The notes under the pieces were generated by a model. It ran no database searches. It saw only the letters and a list, made by a program, of their open reading frames with translations, and was not told the DNA's origin. From NCBI GenBank assembly GCA_029856365.1, contig JAHQWW010000008.1, positions 9,579-73,578 of the forward strand: DNA of 64,000 nt, given 5' to 3'. Both the position numbers and the translations under genes were made by a program. The stretch comes from Candidatus Hodarchaeota archaeon. GTDB taxonomy: Archaea > Asgardarchaeota > Heimdallarchaeia > Hodarchaeales > Hodarchaeaceae. Positions 41,007-51,721 of this stretch are shown one piece after another (position 1 is the stretch's first letter; the number at the start of each line of letters is the position of its first letter).

Positions 41007-41639
41007 TTAGTTTGCTAATGATGTAGGGGTATCATTAAAGTTCACTAAAATCTTACAATCCAAAAGAAATTGTTGAAGAATATGTAAGAATTTATTAATT
41101 GCTCCTTTTGACACGTTATAGGCCATTATTTCAATCTTTGAGGCAGTAATTGATGAAATAAGGATTTTAGAGTGATCTTCTGCATGAATCCATTCTAATC
41201 GCCCCTTTCCGTTTGTATAGTAATGTCCTATGAATCGAAAATCACCAAAATATTTTCCAGCTAATTTACTAATAATACTCTTCACTGGAAAATCACGATC
41301 AGTTGAAAAAACAGTTAATTCCTGTTTGTTACTCGTGTTCAAATTAGAATAGTCTAAAAATAACTGTTGTTTATTATAATAATCACGAATCATCTCATAG
41401 GAATTATTGTCCAATCCATAACCCCCATCTGGATAACGTTCAATCAATTGATCTTCTTGCAGTCGTTCCAGAGCGCGTGATAGTTTTTGTTGATGGACAT
41501 CCTTTAAAATCCGACGAAGCCCATTAAAACGGAATGTATAGTTTTTTTCTCGCAATGATAATTCGGAGAGGACATCTCTTTCGAGTTTTGATAGGTATTC
41601 AGGAATAATTTCATCCTCTTCTTGATTCAAATTCTCCAT
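41007..41639 (-). CDS. Winged-helix (HxlR-like) DNA-binding protein
   Basis: FRFNGLRRIL.DVHQQKLSRALERLQEDQLIER..GGY. Confidence 0.65.
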   Translation of the reverse strand: MENLNQEEDEIIPEYLSKLERDVLSELSLREKNYTFRFNGLRRILKDVHQQKLSRALERLQEDQLIERYPDGGYGLDNNSYEMIRDYYNKQQLFLDYSNLNTSNKQELTVFSTDRDFPVKSIISKLAGKYFGDFRFIGHYYTNGKGRLEWIHAEDHSKILISSITASKIEIMAYNVSKGAINKFLHILQQFLLDCKILVNFNDTPTSLAN

Positions 41640-41731
41640 TTATTCAACGCTTCCTACAAGATCAATTTTACTAAAAATATAAAAAGATAAAGAAAATGGT
41701 AGACCAATATCATTGAATTGAACAGGTCAGC

Positions 41732-42316
41732 CTAGTCAATCTTTACCCGAAACTTCTGTGAGGAGTTCTTAATCTTCTTGCCACGGATCTCAAGAACTCC
41801 ATTATTAACAGAGCTTTTTATGCTATTCACTTCTATTTTCGAAGGTAATAAGATCGTCTGATTAAACTCGTTACTCTCTGACTTCCCTGTAAGAGTGATT
41901 TCTGTCCCTTCTTCATTAATATCTATAGTCAGATTTTCTTTAGTAAATCCTGGCACTTCAACAATTAATTTCAAATGATTATTATCATCAATGAAATCCA
42001 CAAACCTCTCCTCTGAGGTTAAAGTTGCTTGAAGACGTGGCTCAGAAAGACCTTTTAATGGGAGTTGTATTTTAGGAAGACCCTGTTTTTGCCGATAGTC
42101 GTTTAAATTTCCCCATTGGCGAAATTCAGGCTTATAATCTGTTTCAGGTCCAATACGGACAGAATATCCATAGGATATTGGTCCATCTTTTCGGTACTCA
42201 GAAGAACTAGCCCGCATGAGAGAATCAATCTCTTCTTCGAAGGAACGAAACATTTCACCGAAATTAAAATTCCAAATATCATCAAAATATCGTTTCTTGC
42301 GATTCATATCAATCAC
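41732..42316 (-). CDS. hsp20: Archaeal small heat-shock protein Hsp20
   Basis: GPISYGYSVRIGP, VEVPG, I.LP...SSVNNGVLEI. Confidence 0.9.
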   Translation of the reverse strand: MIDMNRKKRYFDDIWNFNFGEMFRSFEEEIDSLMRASSSEYRKDGPISYGYSVRIGPETDYKPEFRQWGNLNDYRQKQGLPKIQLPLKGLSEPRLQATLTSEERFVDFIDDNNHLKLIVEVPGFTKENLTIDINEEGTEITLTGKSESNEFNQTILLPSKIEVNSIKSSVNNGVLEIRGKKIKNSSQKFRVKID

Positions 42317-42479
42317 CTTGTTGATTATACTTTATATAAAAAAATTCACATTATGTTTATAAATTTTTTGTTATGGGATGGAAAATAATTTCGCACTTTA
42401 TGGATGTTATAGGACATTTATAGCATTTTCTATCAAAATCAAATGGTGTGAATAAAAAAAGAATCTTAGATAAACTATT

Positions 42480-43358
42480 ATGGTTTATTACTCTCTTGGA
42501 GTATGTCAGCTATTGGTAGACTTTATTGCTGCTTTATTGATGGCAATTTTTCAAGGAATCATCGAGTGGCTTCCCATTAGTTCTGAAGGTCAATTATCGC
42601 TGTTATTTGTTAATTTTTATGACATAGACGAACTAGAAGCTGTTACACTAGCCTTATTGTTGCATATCGGCACAATGATTTCCGTATTGTGGGTTTTTCG
42701 GTCTGATTTTAGAGAGATGGCCGATTTAAACGCGAAAATCACTGAGGTGACTTTGATAGCTACATTAGGAACAATAATTACAGCTGTCCCTATTGTACTC
42801 ATCTTCAAAAACTATTGGGAACAATGGACACATATTCTTTCAATCCCAGCAGATCTTCTTTTCACTATGATTGTTGGAATTCTTTTAGTCTTAACTGGAT
42901 TAATTCTCACTAGCCAACCGGAACAAGGTACACGAGAGCTAAAATCCGTTACACAAAAAGAAGCGCTCATCTTGGGCATGGCTCAAGGAATTGCGGCATT
43001 ACCAGGTATTAGTCGAAGTGGGATGACAATAACTGTATTATTGTTCGTTGGTTTAACTCAACGAGATGCCTTGCGTATAAGCTTTATCATCTCAGTTCCA
43101 GCAGTGTTAGGCGCCATGATACTAGAATTCATTTTAAGTGGCTTCTCAATCCAACCTAATGCCCTCATTATAGGTACCATTATATTTCCTTATATATTAT
43201 TGATTTTCACAATCTTCATAACTGCTGTCATTGGAATAATCACAATGAGAAGTCTACTTCAATTGAAAACTTTACCATATGATAAATTTTGCATTATATT
43301 TGGCACTGGTACTATTCTCTTAGCAATTTTATTATTCATCATCTGGATAGTGTGTTAA
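42480..43358 (+). CDS. uppP: Undecaprenyl-diphosphate phosphatase (BacA/UppP family)
   Basis: QGIIEWLPISSEG, LHIGT, QGIAALPGISRSGMT. Confidence 0.9.
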   Translation: MVYYSLGVCQLLVDFIAALLMAIFQGIIEWLPISSEGQLSLLFVNFYDIDELEAVTLALLLHIGTMISVLWVFRSDFREMADLNAKITEVTLIATLGTIITAVPIVLIFKNYWEQWTHILSIPADLLFTMIVGILLVLTGLILTSQPEQGTRELKSVTQKEALILGMAQGIAALPGISRSGMTITVLLFVGLTQRDALRISFIISVPAVLGAMILEFILSGFSIQPNALIIGTIIFPYILLIFTIFITAVIGIITMRSLLQLKTLPYDKFCIIFGTGTILLAILLFIIWIVC

Positions 43359-43359
43359 A

Positions 43360-44706
43360 ATGACATTAACCCCAACACATTTTAGTTTGCAGTCCATTTT
43401 ATTTTGGACATTCATACCTACTTCTGAAAAAGAAAGATTTCAACAAAAAAAGTTGTATTTTTGGGCTGTAGTAGCTTTTTCAATCCTTCCCGATCTTGAT
43501 ATATTTATTGGGGTACATAGAGGCTTGTTTCATAGTATAGTTCTACCAATAATTTTGATAATTCTAGGAACAGTCATATACTATCATTATTCATCTTCAA
43601 GTAGTATAGAGAGAGAAGAAAAAATTATTACAAACAATAACGAAAAACGTAGCTTCATAGGCCGCTGTATATTGTATGCAGGAATCTTATGGCTGATTCA
43701 TATCTTTCTTGACTTAGAAACTCCCTTAGCTATCTTTTATCCATTGTCTGATCGCCTTTATCAGTTTAATTTCGTAATTCTCTTCGATGTTATGCCTTGG
43801 TTAATATTTCCAGCCACAATCGCTGGTATAGGTTTTGAAATCTCTGGAATATCATATTTAAGAGGTCTAACAACATACTTTGTGAATTTACCACCTTCAA
43901 TTCGGGAAGAAATATGGGGTCATAAACCTGTGGCCTTCTATATTAATGATTTCTTTATCCATGTGATTTTATTTGTGATATTTTTAGTGTATGTAGCTCG
44001 CCCCATGGCACCGACAGTCAATTTAAACCGTTTGACTGAATGGCGAGAAAAGATCCGATTTGATGGACCTATCTTAACATTTAGTACAATAATGCTAGTT
44101 ATGGGACTTGTTATTGGCCCAATGATTGGAACACAGACTGTTGATACAGATTATATTAGAGGTTCTTTTCAAGTATCACCAACTACTTTTTCTCCAACTA
44201 TAGCAATTAAGTTTGAAACCACGAATTATTTACTCCAACCCAACACAGTGTTCTCTATAGAGAGTACATTAATTACAGGTTCTGATAGTAATCCTTTCGA
44301 CCAAGTATTATTGTTAACAACTCAAGAATATTATAAGAACTTCTCCACTGGTGTCTCACAATTATTTAAACAGTATCCATTCAACACAAGTGAAAACATT
44401 TTCACTTTTGAAACCAATTACCAGTCTTTACTTTCAGATCTCATCATTTATCCTTTGGCTATGAATTTAACAAATCTCAACGAAACTAGTTTACACACTC
44501 AGTTATCTAGTGGGTCTTTTATGGTTGTAGGAGTGATTGAACATTGGGATTCGACACAAATCCTAAATGGTACTCACTTATCTGAGAACACCAAATTGGA
44601 AGTTACAATAACATCCAGTCGTTTCACTCTTATGGTTTTTGGAACAGCTTCAATTATTATCGGACTGGCTTCTATAATTATTTCAGTTAGGGTTAAAAAG
44701 AGATAA
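43360..44706 (+). CDS. Membrane-bound metal-dependent hydrolase (YdjM-like) with C-terminal extension
   Basis: LPDLD...HRGLFHS, HIFLD, multiple TM segments. Confidence 0.7.
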   Translation: MTLTPTHFSLQSILFWTFIPTSEKERFQQKKLYFWAVVAFSILPDLDIFIGVHRGLFHSIVLPIILIILGTVIYYHYSSSSSIEREEKIITNNNEKRSFIGRCILYAGILWLIHIFLDLETPLAIFYPLSDRLYQFNFVILFDVMPWLIFPATIAGIGFEISGISYLRGLTTYFVNLPPSIREEIWGHKPVAFYINDFFIHVILFVIFLVYVARPMAPTVNLNRLTEWREKIRFDGPILTFSTIMLVMGLVIGPMIGTQTVDTDYIRGSFQVSPTTFSPTIAIKFETTNYLLQPNTVFSIESTLITGSDSNPFDQVLLLTTQEYYKNFSTGVSQLFKQYPFNTSENIFTFETNYQSLLSDLIIYPLAMNLTNLNETSLHTQLSSGSFMVVGVIEHWDSTQILNGTHLSENTKLEVTITSSRFTLMVFGTASIIIGLASIIISVRVKKR

Positions 44707-44834
44707 TTTTTGAAACATTCAGTTATCTGATTTGACATTTAATTCCTTTAATCCTCGATCTAATGATATCTAATCCAAATTTCAAACGTAAAAAAGTCTA
44801 TAATCGAAAATATTTTAATCAGGAGACGATTATT

Positions 44835-45023
44835 ATGCCTTCATATCGTTGTCAAAATTGTGGAACCGTTGTTTCACCAATTCCTAAGCATTGCGGAAAA
44901 GAGATGGTGATTGGAGAAATAGATGGTATACCAAGCTTAATTTGTTCTGTGGGAGGAGAATCTTGTCATCATGAACCTCTTCCAAAGTGTTGTTCAATGC
45001 CTGGTTATACTAGATGGATCTGA
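44835..45023 (+). CDS. 62-aa Cys/His-rich metal-binding protein (ORF track start 44763)
   Basis: AGGAG SD at 44821; YRCQNCG..PKHCGKEM / LICSV..SC..PKCC. Confidence 0.7.
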   Translation: MPSYRCQNCGTVVSPIPKHCGKEMVIGEIDGIPSLICSVGGESCHHEPLPKCCSMPGYTRWI

Positions 45024-45046
45024 AAAAGTCAATTCTCCATCCTAAT

Positions 45047-46261
45047 TTATTTGACAATCAAATTCAAGAAGCGCATAAATGGAGCTATCAGAAAAACCCT
45101 CCAAGGTACGATACAATGTACAACACTATTGATATCTGATGAACTTAAGCGATTCATATACCATTGTACACGTCTGTCTCCACCCCCCGAGATTATGTCA
45201 AAGAATTGACGTAATTTATAGGCGCTTTTAAACATCTTCAACATTTGAACTTGCCATTTTGACTGATAATCAGATAACGGAACTTTTTCTCTGAAAAAAC
45301 GTATAATAGAGCTTGCTGCAATTGAACCTGCTACCATTGACGGAGGGATTCCTCCACCAACGCTAGATACAACTTGACATGCTGCATCACCAACCAGCAA
45401 AGTTTTTGTTTTTAATTCAACAGTTTCTTGAAAGGGGAGACCTACAGGAACGATACCTGCAATCGTTTGTCCTATGTGAGCATTCTTAAGAATTTGACTT
45501 GCAATAGGATGAATATTAATCAGATTAGACAATGCTTTGGAAACATTCATGTCATTTTTTAGCATAGGAAGGCGTACTCCAGCACCAACATTTGCAGTGT
45601 TCCGACTCTTGGGAATGATCCAAGCGTAAGCTCCAGGTGCATATTTCTCACCAAAAAACATCTTTACATCAGTTGAGTCATACTCGTTTTCTATCTCAGT
45701 CATTAAATGTTGTTTTACAATGACAAAATGCTTATCGGGTCTTTTGTTTGCCAGTCCTGTCCATTTGGCTATACGAGAGCTAACTCCATCTGCTCCAACG
45801 ATAATTTGTGGTGTAATTTGTATAGATCTACCATTCTCCCGAACAACTGTGACCATATTATTTGTCATATCAACAGCGCAGGCAGAGGTCCAAACTTCAG
45901 CTCCATATTCTTTTCCTACTTCAATTAAATGGGCATTCCAGTTTCCACGATGAAGAGTATATCCCTGAAAAGGAGTTCTAATGACCTTTCTTTCTGGAGA
46001 AAAGAAGGAAATAGAGTGGGTATATGTACTGATAAATTGCTTATTAAATGTGAAAAATGCTTGAGCATTAGGGACATCAGGCATCAAAGTAGCCATTTCT
46101 TCGGGAGCTGGCATAAACTCGCCACATTGAACAGGAAATCCAAGTTCTTGCCTATGATCAATGGCTAAAATTGAGATTTCTGAACCAGCAATTTGAGCCA
46201 ACTTTGATAGAACTGTTGCACCTGCAGGTCCTAAACCTACAATAAGAACGTCCACATCCAT
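45047..46261 (-). CDS. Geranylgeranyl reductase-family flavoprotein
   Basis: DVLIVGLGPAG, PVQCGE, VGADG, PGAYAWIIPK, VGDAA, GGGI. Confidence 0.88.
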   Translation of the reverse strand: MDVDVLIVGLGPAGATVLSKLAQIAGSEISILAIDHRQELGFPVQCGEFMPAPEEMATLMPDVPNAQAFFTFNKQFISTYTHSISFFSPERKVIRTPFQGYTLHRGNWNAHLIEVGKEYGAEVWTSACAVDMTNNMVTVVRENGRSIQITPQIIVGADGVSSRIAKWTGLANKRPDKHFVIVKQHLMTEIENEYDSTDVKMFFGEKYAPGAYAWIIPKSRNTANVGAGVRLPMLKNDMNVSKALSNLINIHPIASQILKNAHIGQTIAGIVPVGLPFQETVELKTKTLLVGDAACQVVSSVGGGIPPSMVAGSIAASSIIRFFREKVPLSDYQSKWQVQMLKMFKSAYKLRQFFDIISGGGDRRVQWYMNRLSSSDINSVVHCIVPWRVFLIAPFMRFLNLIVK

Positions 46262-46325
46262 AAGATGACAACTCAAATTGCGAAAAGCTAATAAGAATCG
46301 ACAATTTAACTGAAAGGGTTTTTGT

Positions 46326-47876
46326 TCAAGGTGATAATAGATTTTCAGCTGCAGAAAGGGCAAATTCAAGGAAGGGCCCAGGAAGTATACCAATAACTAT
46401 TATGAGAAGAACTGAAATGCCAATACTAAGCTGATATGATAATGGAATAGTAAAGGGAGTAACTCTTTCCACGGGAATGACTGCAACATCATCTCGTTCT
46501 TCTAAAGGTGTGTCAATTATCATTAGCTTGATTACACGAATATAGTAGAAGATTGAGATGGCACTATTAATGATTCCAATTATAGCTAACCATATGAGGT
46601 TTGCATAAATCGCTGCAAAAAATAATAATATTTTGGAAACGAATCCAGCTAACGGAGGAACACCCAAAAGGCTCAACAATGCAATTGTTAAACCAAAAGT
46701 TAACCATGGGTGTTTTTTTCGTAAACCTACATAATCTTCGATCTTCTCACTATGAATAGAAAATGCAATCACAATCACTGCTGTGAAAGCGACGATTTTC
46801 ATCAGTGCATGAGTGAGAATATGCATTTCAGCAGCAGCGATAGAAAATTCTGCAACTGAAAAGTTAAGATTACCAATGACCGAAGAGATTGGGCTGCTGG
46901 TTACCGCAGCTAATGCAATGAGGATGTAACCTGCGTGGGCAATGCTAGAATAAGCCAACATCCGTTTAATATTCTCTTGGACTAAAGCTACAACGTTTCC
47001 TAAAGTCATAGTGAGGATTGCTAGTAGTGCAAACAAGTAACCCCAAATAATATCTATTTCAGTCAGACCAGCAACTATTATACGGAACACAGCCACAAAT
47101 CCTAAAGCTTTGGACCCTGCTGCCAAAAAGGTTGTTATGGTTGTAGGTGTTCCTTGATATACATCAACTGCCCATGCATGAAATGGGACAGCAGCTATTT
47201 TGTATCCGAAACCAACCAACAAGAACATCAGTGCAAGAAGATGAAATGGGGAATAACTTTTAGTATCTGCAAAAGAAGTAATAACTCCATCAATACTCGT
47301 TGTACCAGCAATCCCATAAACTAATGAAATACCAAAGAGTATGAAGGCTGAAGACATAGCACCAATAAGAAATAATTTCAAAGCACTCTCACTGGTTTCA
47401 GCTCGGGTTTTTTGAAAAGCTGCTAGAGTATATACAGGGATACTTCCCAATTCCCATGCAACAAACAGGACTAATAGATCATTTGCAGCAGCAACCAATA
47501 ACATCCCTATTGTTGCAAATACTAAAAGTATATAGTATATTCCTACATTCCTTTCGGAATTCATATAATCAATACTCGATGTTGAGACTAATAATAACAC
47601 AATTAGAAAAATAATGGCGAAAAATCGGGAGAAATTATCAATAACAAAAAGACCTGTTGTCCTTGAAAGGTCAAAGAGGTCAGCTGCATTCCCAAATACA
47701 TAAGTGATGCCACTATCTATTCCGATAATTATGCAATATAAAGAGAGAAGACCTCCTATTATGGTAACAGGAGCAAAAATTCTGTGATCCATATCAAAAG
47801 CTTCTAGAATTATACAAATGATGATAGTTCCAATTAATGATAGAAAAGGAAGAAATGTAGTCAGGAAATCACTCAT
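46326..47876 (-). CDS. nuoN: Complex I-like subunit N
   Basis: WELGSIP, ESALK, KIAAVPFHAW..DVYQG, KRMLAYSSIAHAGY. Confidence 0.92.
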   Translation of the reverse strand: MSDFLTTFLPFLSLIGTIIICIILEAFDMDHRIFAPVTIIGGLLSLYCIIIGIDSGITYVFGNAADLFDLSRTTGLFVIDNFSRFFAIIFLIVLLLVSTSSIDYMNSERNVGIYYILLVFATIGMLLVAAANDLLVLFVAWELGSIPVYTLAAFQKTRAETSESALKLFLIGAMSSAFILFGISLVYGIAGTTSIDGVITSFADTKSYSPFHLLALMFLLVGFGYKIAAVPFHAWAVDVYQGTPTTITTFLAAGSKALGFVAVFRIIVAGLTEIDIIWGYLFALLAILTMTLGNVVALVQENIKRMLAYSSIAHAGYILIALAAVTSSPISSVIGNLNFSVAEFSIAAAEMHILTHALMKIVAFTAVIVIAFSIHSEKIEDYVGLRKKHPWLTFGLTIALLSLLGVPPLAGFVSKILLFFAAIYANLIWLAIIGIINSAISIFYYIRVIKLMIIDTPLEERDDVAVIPVERVTPFTIPLSYQLSIGISVLLIIVIGILPGPFLEFALSAAENLLSP

Positions 47877-47913
47877 GGATTCGATTCACCTTGAATTCTT
47901 CATTTTTCATTGA

Positions 47914-49431
47914 TTATAGAGGCCAACTAGCAGTTGCCATTAGATCCAATAAGAGTGCTGGTAATATTCCAAGGAGTAATGTAAAGAAACATAGGAACCC
48001 AAAGACGGCATATTGAGACCAGTGTGATATATCATGTACATATTCCAATTCAGGATTTACATCACCAAATACTGTCCTTTGTAACATCCATAGATAGTAT
48101 GCTGCTGTAAAAATAATTCCGAGAACTCCAATTAAAGCTAATCCTCTACCAAATTCACCCCAATTGAATAAAGCAACGAAAGCAAGCAATTCAGACCAAA
48201 ATCCAGCTAATCCTGGTAACCCAGCACTAGCAAACGATCCATAGACCATAACCCCCGCGGTCACAGGCATATTCTTTGCTATTCCTTTAAGTTTAGGAAT
48301 ATCTCGGGTGTGAGCAGCATGTCCAATAGTACCAGCAACAAAGAACATTAGGGGAGAGATAATTCCATGTGCAATTTGCATGTACATTGCACCAGCGAAT
48401 CCTATAGGGGATTGAGTAGCACATCCAAGAAGAATAATTCCCATATGGCCAACTGATGAATAAGCAACAAGACTTTTCATATCAACTTGGCGAAGAGCAA
48501 CCCAAGAACCATATAATAGCGAAACCAATCCAATAATTGCGACCAACCAGGCAAACTCCGAAAGGGCATCAGGTAAAAACCAACCACCCATTCTTAATAA
48601 GCCATAACCACCCATTTTCAAGAGTAGCCCAGCTAGAATCATTGAACCTGGTGTAGGGGCTTCAACGTGAGCTAAAGGCAACCAAGTATGGAAAGGAACA
48701 CTAGGTACTTTCACTATAAATCCAAATAATAATGCTAGAAAGATCAGGAGAACAAATGGACCAGTTCCGAATTGATCAGCCATGCTAGCTAATTCAGTAA
48801 ATGAAAAAGTACCAATTCCTGTAAGAGTATATTTGGATGACTCTAACCAAAGACCTACAATTCCTAAAATCATGACTAAAGACGCAACATGTGTATAGAT
48901 AAAGAAGTAGATTGCTGCATATTCTTTTTTAGGACCACCCCATATTCCGATTAGGAAAAACATCGGAACCAAGACCAATTCCCAAGCAACATAAAATATA
49001 ACAAAATCTATTGCAAGAAATGTTCCAATGAGGCCTGTCTCAAGAAGCATTATCATTGCATAATATGCAGGTTCTCTCTCATGAATTTCTTTGAATGAAG
49101 CAAGGACTGCTACCAAAAATATGAATCCACTTAATAAGACCAAAGGTAGGCTTAATCCATCAACTCCGAGTGAATAACTCATTCCAATTGCTTCAATCCA
49201 AGGAATTTCTTCTATTAAATCCCAACGACCGGTAGGAGGTTGTTCATACATCATCAAGGCCATAATTGCTAATACCATGACAACAACACTAATAACAAGT
49301 GCAAACCACTTTGAAAGCTCATTACGAACACGACCTACTAGCCATGTCGGAAATGCTGCCAAAATTGGCAGTAAGAAGATCAGAGATAGTATTCCGATAT
49401 TAAGATCACCAAAACTTAATTGTGTCAACAT
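47914..49431 (-). CDS. nuoM: Complex I-like subunit M
   Basis: GVDGLS, WELVLVPM, KVPSVPFHTWLPLAHVEAPT, LLKMGGYG. Confidence 0.93.
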   Translation of the reverse strand: MLTQLSFGDLNIGILSLIFLLPILAAFPTWLVGRVRNELSKWFALVISVVVMVLAIMALMMYEQPPTGRWDLIEEIPWIEAIGMSYSLGVDGLSLPLVLLSGFIFLVAVLASFKEIHEREPAYYAMIMLLETGLIGTFLAIDFVIFYVAWELVLVPMFFLIGIWGGPKKEYAAIYFFIYTHVASLVMILGIVGLWLESSKYTLTGIGTFSFTELASMADQFGTGPFVLLIFLALLFGFIVKVPSVPFHTWLPLAHVEAPTPGSMILAGLLLKMGGYGLLRMGGWFLPDALSEFAWLVAIIGLVSLLYGSWVALRQVDMKSLVAYSSVGHMGIILLGCATQSPIGFAGAMYMQIAHGIISPLMFFVAGTIGHAAHTRDIPKLKGIAKNMPVTAGVMVYGSFASAGLPGLAGFWSELLAFVALFNWGEFGRGLALIGVLGIIFTAAYYLWMLQRTVFGDVNPELEYVHDISHWSQYAVFGFLCFFTLLLGILPALLLDLMATASWPL

Positions 49432-49465
49432 TTGTCTTCAACCTTTATTCTTATTATTCCTTCTT

Positions 49466-51706
49466 TTAGAGAGGTACCACCCCTGCTACAATAATCGCAA
49501 CAACGATGAGAAAAATCGCTCCCAAGAGGGTATATAGAGCGTAATTTTCAACTACTCCCGTCTGTATTCGACGTAAATAACCCCCTGTTTTCATAACTCC
49601 TTTAGCTGAATTTCGAATAATACCATGATCAATTACCCGTTCATCTGTGGTTTTAGCTAAACTACATAGAGCTAAGGAAGCTCGTGCAGTCAATCGAACC
49701 AACCCATCAACAACATGGTCATCACACCATTTGGAAAGTCCACAAAGTTCATATCCCCCCCAACCAACAAGTCTAACAGCACCATCGAAGACGTTTTGTT
49801 CTATCCAATTCATTGCGGCGCAATATTTAGCATCTACAAAATAAACCAGTGCTAAGTAGAGATCATCGATATAATACCCTTTTTCTAGAATCCGTTGAAT
49901 GCCTCTACCAAGTATTGTTGACTTTATTTTTCGAGTAATGGAACGAAAACCACCCTGTAGCACCGCGATACTATCAGGATCTGCCACTTCAATATTGAAT
50001 GATGGTTCTCCCTTAGGAAAGCTAACTTTCGCATCAGCTCGGGGGTAATAAATCAGATAGGCCAATAGGATTCCAAGAACTGCTAAGACTATAGAAGATA
50101 TTCCAACAATCCAATCAAAGTCTAATGCATGTTCATGAGGTTGTAACCAGTGAACAAGATGATGTTCAAAAGAAAGATCTGGAAGGAAAAGCCCTATTGT
50201 GAAATAACCTGCAAGCACTAAAGAAACAATAGCCAAAATCCACAAAGGAATCGTCATCCAATGATCAGATTCGTGGACATGATGACCTGGAAGACGATTT
50301 GTTCCTGGAAACACCACAAACCATAATCTAAAAATATAAAAAGCCGTTAAAAATGCAGTAATAATAGATGATAACCAAACTAACGCAATTAGTTGTTCAT
50401 GTAGTGTTGAAAGACCAGAATAATGAAGAGCATGTAAAATTATTGCATCTTTACTGAAAAAACCATTACCAATTCCAGCGAGAGAGAGTGAACCAATTAA
50501 CATTACTTTCCATGTATGAGGCATTTTTTCTTGTAATCCTCCCATTTCTCTAATATCCTGACTTCCAGATCCATGAATAACAGAACCCGCGGACAAAAAC
50601 AATAAAGCTTTGAAAATCCCATGGTTAATAATATGGAAAACCGCCACAGCCATTCCACCAACACCCAAACCAATTGTCATATAGCCTAATTGGCTGATTG
50701 TAGAATAAGCTAGTATCCCCTTAATATCTGTCTTTACTAACGCAATAGTTCCAGATAAAATAGCAGTTATACCTCCAATTAATGCAACCACCAATAAAGC
50801 TTCCTTACTTGCATATTCAAACACAAAATAACTGCGGGCTACCAAGAATATCCCAGCTTTCACCATGGTTGCAGAATGAATTAAGCAGCTAACAGTGGTT
50901 GGTCCTGCCATGGCATCTGGTAGCCAAACATGGAGTGGAAATTGAGCAGATTTCCCTATAGCACCCCCAAAGATTAAGAGAGCGATCATTATAAATAACA
51001 TGGGATCTATATTAAGAGTTCCTGCTTCTAGCATATGACGGATTTCGAGAAAATCGAATGTAGGATGATTTACAGCAAGAGTCTCTAAATAAAGAAGAAT
51101 AATGCCAACAAATAGAAATACATCTCCTACTTTTGTTGTTAGAAAAGCTTTCTTTGCTGCTGATGCAGGATGAGGTTGTCCTTCTGGAACAACATCTTTA
51201 TCGTAAAAATAACCAATCAACAGATATGAGCAAACACCCATGATTTCCCAGAATAGAAATAATTGAATCATATTTGGTGAAAAAACTAAGCCCAACATTG
51301 CTGCAGCAAATAAGTTAATCTCTGCATAATAACGTGGCGACCCATCATGCGCCATATAACTACGACTATAAATAGCAACCAGAAATGAGACCAAAGCGAC
51401 CATTAAACTAACTACAGCAGATAATGGATCCAATAAAATTCCAAAATCTAGAGATACATCACCAATGCGAATCCATTCCATCAAAATTAATGATTCCTCG
51501 ATATGTTCTTCCGCGAAGAGTCGAAGCAAGACTTCCCCTGAAACGATAATAGTTAATATAAAACTAACGCCCAATGCAATGAGGGCAAAAATATTCCCAT
51601 GAGCTTTTTTGTCCACAAATTTACCAAAGAAAATGGTTATGAATGCAAAAATGATGGGAATAATGGGAATGAGATAAGCAAAACCACCAAAGACTAATTC
51701 CGACAT
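49466..51706 (-). CDS. nuoL: Complex I-like subunit L
   Basis: WEIMGVCSYLLIG, GKSAQFPLHVWLPDAMAGPT, LAYSTISQLG, IQTG. Confidence 0.93.
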   Translation of the reverse strand: MSELVFGGFAYLIPIIPIIFAFITIFFGKFVDKKAHGNIFALIALGVSFILTIIVSGEVLLRLFAEEHIEESLILMEWIRIGDVSLDFGILLDPLSAVVSLMVALVSFLVAIYSRSYMAHDGSPRYYAEINLFAAAMLGLVFSPNMIQLFLFWEIMGVCSYLLIGYFYDKDVVPEGQPHPASAAKKAFLTTKVGDVFLFVGIILLYLETLAVNHPTFDFLEIRHMLEAGTLNIDPMLFIMIALLIFGGAIGKSAQFPLHVWLPDAMAGPTTVSCLIHSATMVKAGIFLVARSYFVFEYASKEALLVVALIGGITAILSGTIALVKTDIKGILAYSTISQLGYMTIGLGVGGMAVAVFHIINHGIFKALLFLSAGSVIHGSGSQDIREMGGLQEKMPHTWKVMLIGSLSLAGIGNGFFSKDAIILHALHYSGLSTLHEQLIALVWLSSIITAFLTAFYIFRLWFVVFPGTNRLPGHHVHESDHWMTIPLWILAIVSLVLAGYFTIGLFLPDLSFEHHLVHWLQPHEHALDFDWIVGISSIVLAVLGILLAYLIYYPRADAKVSFPKGEPSFNIEVADPDSIAVLQGGFRSITRKIKSTILGRGIQRILEKGYYIDDLYLALVYFVDAKYCAAMNWIEQNVFDGAVRLVGWGGYELCGLSKWCDDHVVDGLVRLTARASLALCSLAKTTDERVIDHGIIRNSAKGVMKTGGYLRRIQTGVVENYALYTLLGAIFLIVVAIIVAGVVPL

Positions 51707-51721
51707 GAGTAATTCTTCCTT

